Part shown: positions 61,586 to 64,000 of the stretch, one piece after another | How the letters are laid out: each line of letters opens with the position of its first letter | Position numbering within the stretch: position 1 is the stretch's first letter | Virus record (IMG/VR): IMGVR_UViG_3300011008_000071 | Span: 32,001 to 96,000 of that record | Strand: one strand, 5' to 3' | Source of the DNA: a virus | Lineage: Duplodnaviria; Caudoviricetes | Length of the DNA: 64,000 nt | Made by a program: the position numbers and the translations under genes | The notes under the pieces: model-generated | Told to the model about the DNA's origin: nothing | The model's database searches: none | Seen by the model: the letters and a program-made list of their open reading frames with translations, nothing else

Positions 61586-61700
61586 TTAAAGTCCTCCTTT
61601 ATACTTCCTATATCTATAATATATATCCATAAGATAAATATATGCTTAGAAGAACCCGAATTTAATTTGACTATACTTTTATATTATGAGGTGAATTGTT

Positions 61701-62750
61701 ATGGAATTTTTAGATCTTCCGATATACGACAATATACTGGATGAATTCCTTGATAGGAAATCGTTCCTGGAATCATGCTATGAACTCAGAGCACTTGAGG
61801 AGTTATGTAACCCCGTTGATGAACTCCAACGATATTTCGATGAAACATACATGAGTGAAGCACTGAATGATATCAATCAGAGCGCTGCCAAGACAGTAGG
61901 AAATGCATTGAAGGCAACGAGAGATACAACGACCGGAATGGTTAAAGCCCATTCTGCTCTTACAACATCTTTGGGTAATGCGATGGGGACGACATACAAT
62001 CTTCTGTATAACCTCGCAATGGGAATTATAAAGATAATTACATTTATCTTTAACTCTTTCACAATCCTTCCGAGAATGTTACTTAAAGTGACAAATGCAG
62101 TAGGAAATATACCAGGAGATGTTAGATCCAAAGTAAATGGTGATATTCAGCTCTTCATAACAGCTGAAGATATTTCTGTAATGTATGAGCATTCAATCAT
62201 CAAGAAGCTTAAATTATTCATAGCAAATGCTGCTGCTATGAGTAAGGGAGATATGTGGGGAAGCAAACATCACATGACATCCAAAGATAATGATGGAGAA
62301 AAGATCAAAGCAACCAATAATGATATTGGTCTCGCCAAGCAGCTGCACAAATCATATCTTGATCTTAGTCAGATATCATTCTCCAAAACATTGATTAAAA
62401 TCAATGACGATTCGGTGAGAAAATTATATTTTTCCAAAGATGATAGTGGCTCCGGGTCATATTTCAAAAGAATGGACCAGCTTCTGAAGGATGTTCGAGG
62501 AATGGAATCCGATCTCAGAGATATTAAGAAGTCATTGGAGGAAAAATATAATAAGACTGTTGACAATGGTACATTCATTAAGATGGGTAATTCAATAGAA
62601 GGATCTATGAATCAAAGTTGGATTACCAATTCTATCAGTGATGTATCTAAGACGATGACAATTATTGGGAATTTATTGAAGAATATCCATGAAGACATCA
62701 ATACCATCAACAGTGCCGTCAATAAGATTCTCAAAGCAGATAAAAAGTAA
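61701..62750 (+). CDS. Putative virion (internal head-like) protein
   Basis: Acidic N-terminus ending YMSEA, resembling Glu-specific prohead-protease cleavage sites; helical basic remainder. Confidence 0.55.
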   Translation: MEFLDLPIYDNILDEFLDRKSFLESCYELRALEELCNPVDELQRYFDETYMSEALNDINQSAAKTVGNALKATRDTTTGMVKAHSALTTSLGNAMGTTYNLLYNLAMGIIKIITFIFNSFTILPRMLLKVTNAVGNIPGDVRSKVNGDIQLFITAEDISVMYEHSIIKKLKLFIANAAAMSKGDMWGSKHHMTSKDNDGEKIKATNNDIGLAKQLHKSYLDLSQISFSKTLIKINDDSVRKLYFSKDDSGSGSYFKRMDQLLKDVRGMESDLRDIKKSLEEKYNKTVDNGTFIKMGNSIEGSMNQSWITNSISDVSKTMTIIGNLLKNIHEDINTINSAVNKILKADKK

Positions 62751-62754
62751 AATG

Positions 62755-62786
62755 TGTGTCACCCTGGGATTTCCCAGGGTGACACA
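62755..62786. terminator. Bidirectional hairpin
   Basis: TGTGTCACCCTGGGA-TT-TCCCAGGGTGACACA between convergent genes. Confidence 0.65.
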
Positions 62787-62791
62787 TTGTC

Positions 62792-63190
62792 TTATGCACT
62801 TAAGAAATCCCTTAAAGCCATTACAATCAGTTTATCAATACCGTCATTAACCTTGATGGCAATATGGTTGTTTAAATTGATCGGCTTGTCTTCCGGGAGT
62901 TGTTTCTGATACTTCTTAATTGATGATGAGAACTTCAATTGTTCCGTTTTGTGATCACTGTAGAATATTCCGATATTATCTCCCTCAACGGATGAAATTT
63001 TCATCGTAGGTTCTTCGAATGGATATGAGAAACCGAACTTGATACTCCCATACTCAGATTCTACTTCAGTAAGTGCCCCATACCAGGATGGCGTAGAAGT
63101 TTTACACTCGGCCATCTTCGGATGGTTAATGGTATTCCTTTTGATCACTTCTAGGATGTCTGAATACTTGTAATCACTTAATGATTCCAT
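62792..63190 (-). CDS. Hypothetical protein
   Basis: 132-aa ORF, GAGGAGG RBS. Confidence 0.7.
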   Translation of the reverse strand: MESLSDYKYSDILEVIKRNTINHPKMAECKTSTPSWYGALTEVESEYGSIKFGFSYPFEEPTMKISSVEGDNIGIFYSDHKTEQLKFSSSIKKYQKQLPEDKPINLNNHIAIKVNDGIDKLIVMALRDFLSA

Positions 63191-63193
63191 AAG

Positions 63194-63592
63194 TTATTCC
63201 TCCTCGCTGTATGGGCCATAATTATCATTGCCCGTAGAAATATAACTAGTATCAAGAAATATGAACCTAAATAATTCATCCTCGTTATCAATGATTGGTA
63301 TCAATTTCTCAAGATGTTCATCTGCGTGGTCAACATAGCATTCATTCCATGGCTTATATTTATCACACATCGGTCCCATACACACTGTGACACCGCAAGC
63401 AGTACATGTGTTACGAATTGATTTCACATTTGGTACCTTGACATGATACTTCTTTAGGAAGTTTATTAGTTTCTTTTTATATTTCTGAATTCGTAGATCA
63501 TGTGGATATGAATTCATGGCTATAGATATATGGACACTCTTCATCATCCCAATTCTCATCGGTTTGGTAACGCCAGTTACATTCAATCTCAA
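63194..63592 (-). CDS. Hypothetical Cys-rich protein (true start may be 63517)
   Basis: CTAC...C...C...C cluster. Confidence 0.55.
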   Translation of the reverse strand: MRLNVTGVTKPMRIGMMKSVHISIAMNSYPHDLRIQKYKKKLINFLKKYHVKVPNVKSIRNTCTACGVTVCMGPMCDKYKPWNECYVDHADEHLEKLIPIIDNEDELFRFIFLDTSYISTGNDNYGPYSEEE

Positions 63593-63785
63593 GCAATAAA
63601 CACCAAATGATGTTTATCTTCTCAGCTGCAGAATTGACGATGTCTCCTTCGGTATATGGTAACTTTGTATGAAGGATCACTTCCTTCGGCCCGTAATAAT
63701 AGCGGGCAGCATGTTCAGGAGATATGATAATCTGATTCATGGTGGAACTGTTGGTCTCCCACATTGATTGACGTACATATATCAT
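63498..63785 (-). CDS. Hypothetical protein
   Basis: 95-aa ORF, AGGAGG RBS. Confidence 0.6.
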   Translation of the reverse strand: MIYVRQSMWETNSSTMNQIIISPEHAARYYYGPKEVILHTKLPYTEGDIVNSAAEKINIIWCLLLEIECNWRYQTDENWDDEECPYIYSHEFIST

Positions 63786-64000
63786 TTATGAATCCTCCTT
63801 CGGATGATCTATCTCTCCGTAATATCTCTGGGACTTTGTGATCAACCATTTGTTGTATTCAGCCACGCCGTCCTTTACGGGATGTGATATGTTGTGGGCC
63901 TTGATGGTGTCATCAATATTGTTTTGGATATATGATAACATAGTCACCATATCGAATACACCGAACGTTGTGATAGTTGTAGTTTCTGTGTGGACTAGTG
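63786..64000 (-). CDS. 3' end of a gene entering from the window edge
   Basis: Open minus frame ...ITTFGVFDMVTMLSYIQNN...HPKEDS*. Confidence 0.55.
   Translation of the reverse strand, partial: LVHTETTTITTFGVFDMVTMLSYIQNNIDDTIKAHNISHPVKDGVAEYNKWLITKSQRYYGEIDHPKEDS

Noticed and set aside
1-64000. Stop-codon reassignment; tRNA or rRNA genes
   Set aside because: Code 11 gives dense, very long ORFs, and breaks are explained by introns; no cloverleaf or rRNA seen by eye (tRNAscan not run).

Overview
A 64-kb segment of a jumbo tailed phage of the phiKZ/AR9(PBS1)-like type. Strong AGGAGG RBSs and M23/CHAP/lysozyme virion domains suggest a Gram-positive (Bacillota) host (inference). It encodes the exonuclease + motif A part of a split family-B DNA polymerase and a multisubunit RNA polymerase beta'-like subunit. 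Each is interrupted by a group I intron with a homing endonuclease: HNH in the polymerase, and an antisense GIY-YIG in the RNAP intron, which splits the catalytic DYDGD motif. Also present: primase, UvsW-like helicase, RecA/UvsX, a tubulin/FtsZ-family protein, a BCS1-like AAA ATPase, an HD hydrolase, a cold-shock protein, and giant virion proteins (3518, 3025 and 1023 aa). Signals not explained by the gene list: (i) two identical 74-bp inverted copies, 20.6 kb apart, of what reads as a DGR C-type-lectin variable region detached from any target gene; (ii) a CATG-packed non-coding locus bounded by 17-bp inverted repeats next to the primase-tubulin-AAA genes; (iii) a free-standing degenerate intein-like gene upstream of recA; (iv) a G6 tract that would fuse an endonuclease to a downstream frame; (v) a four-member PHxH paralog family; (vi) recurrent candidate phage promoter motifs. 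All calls are from manual motif reading; no database searches were run.
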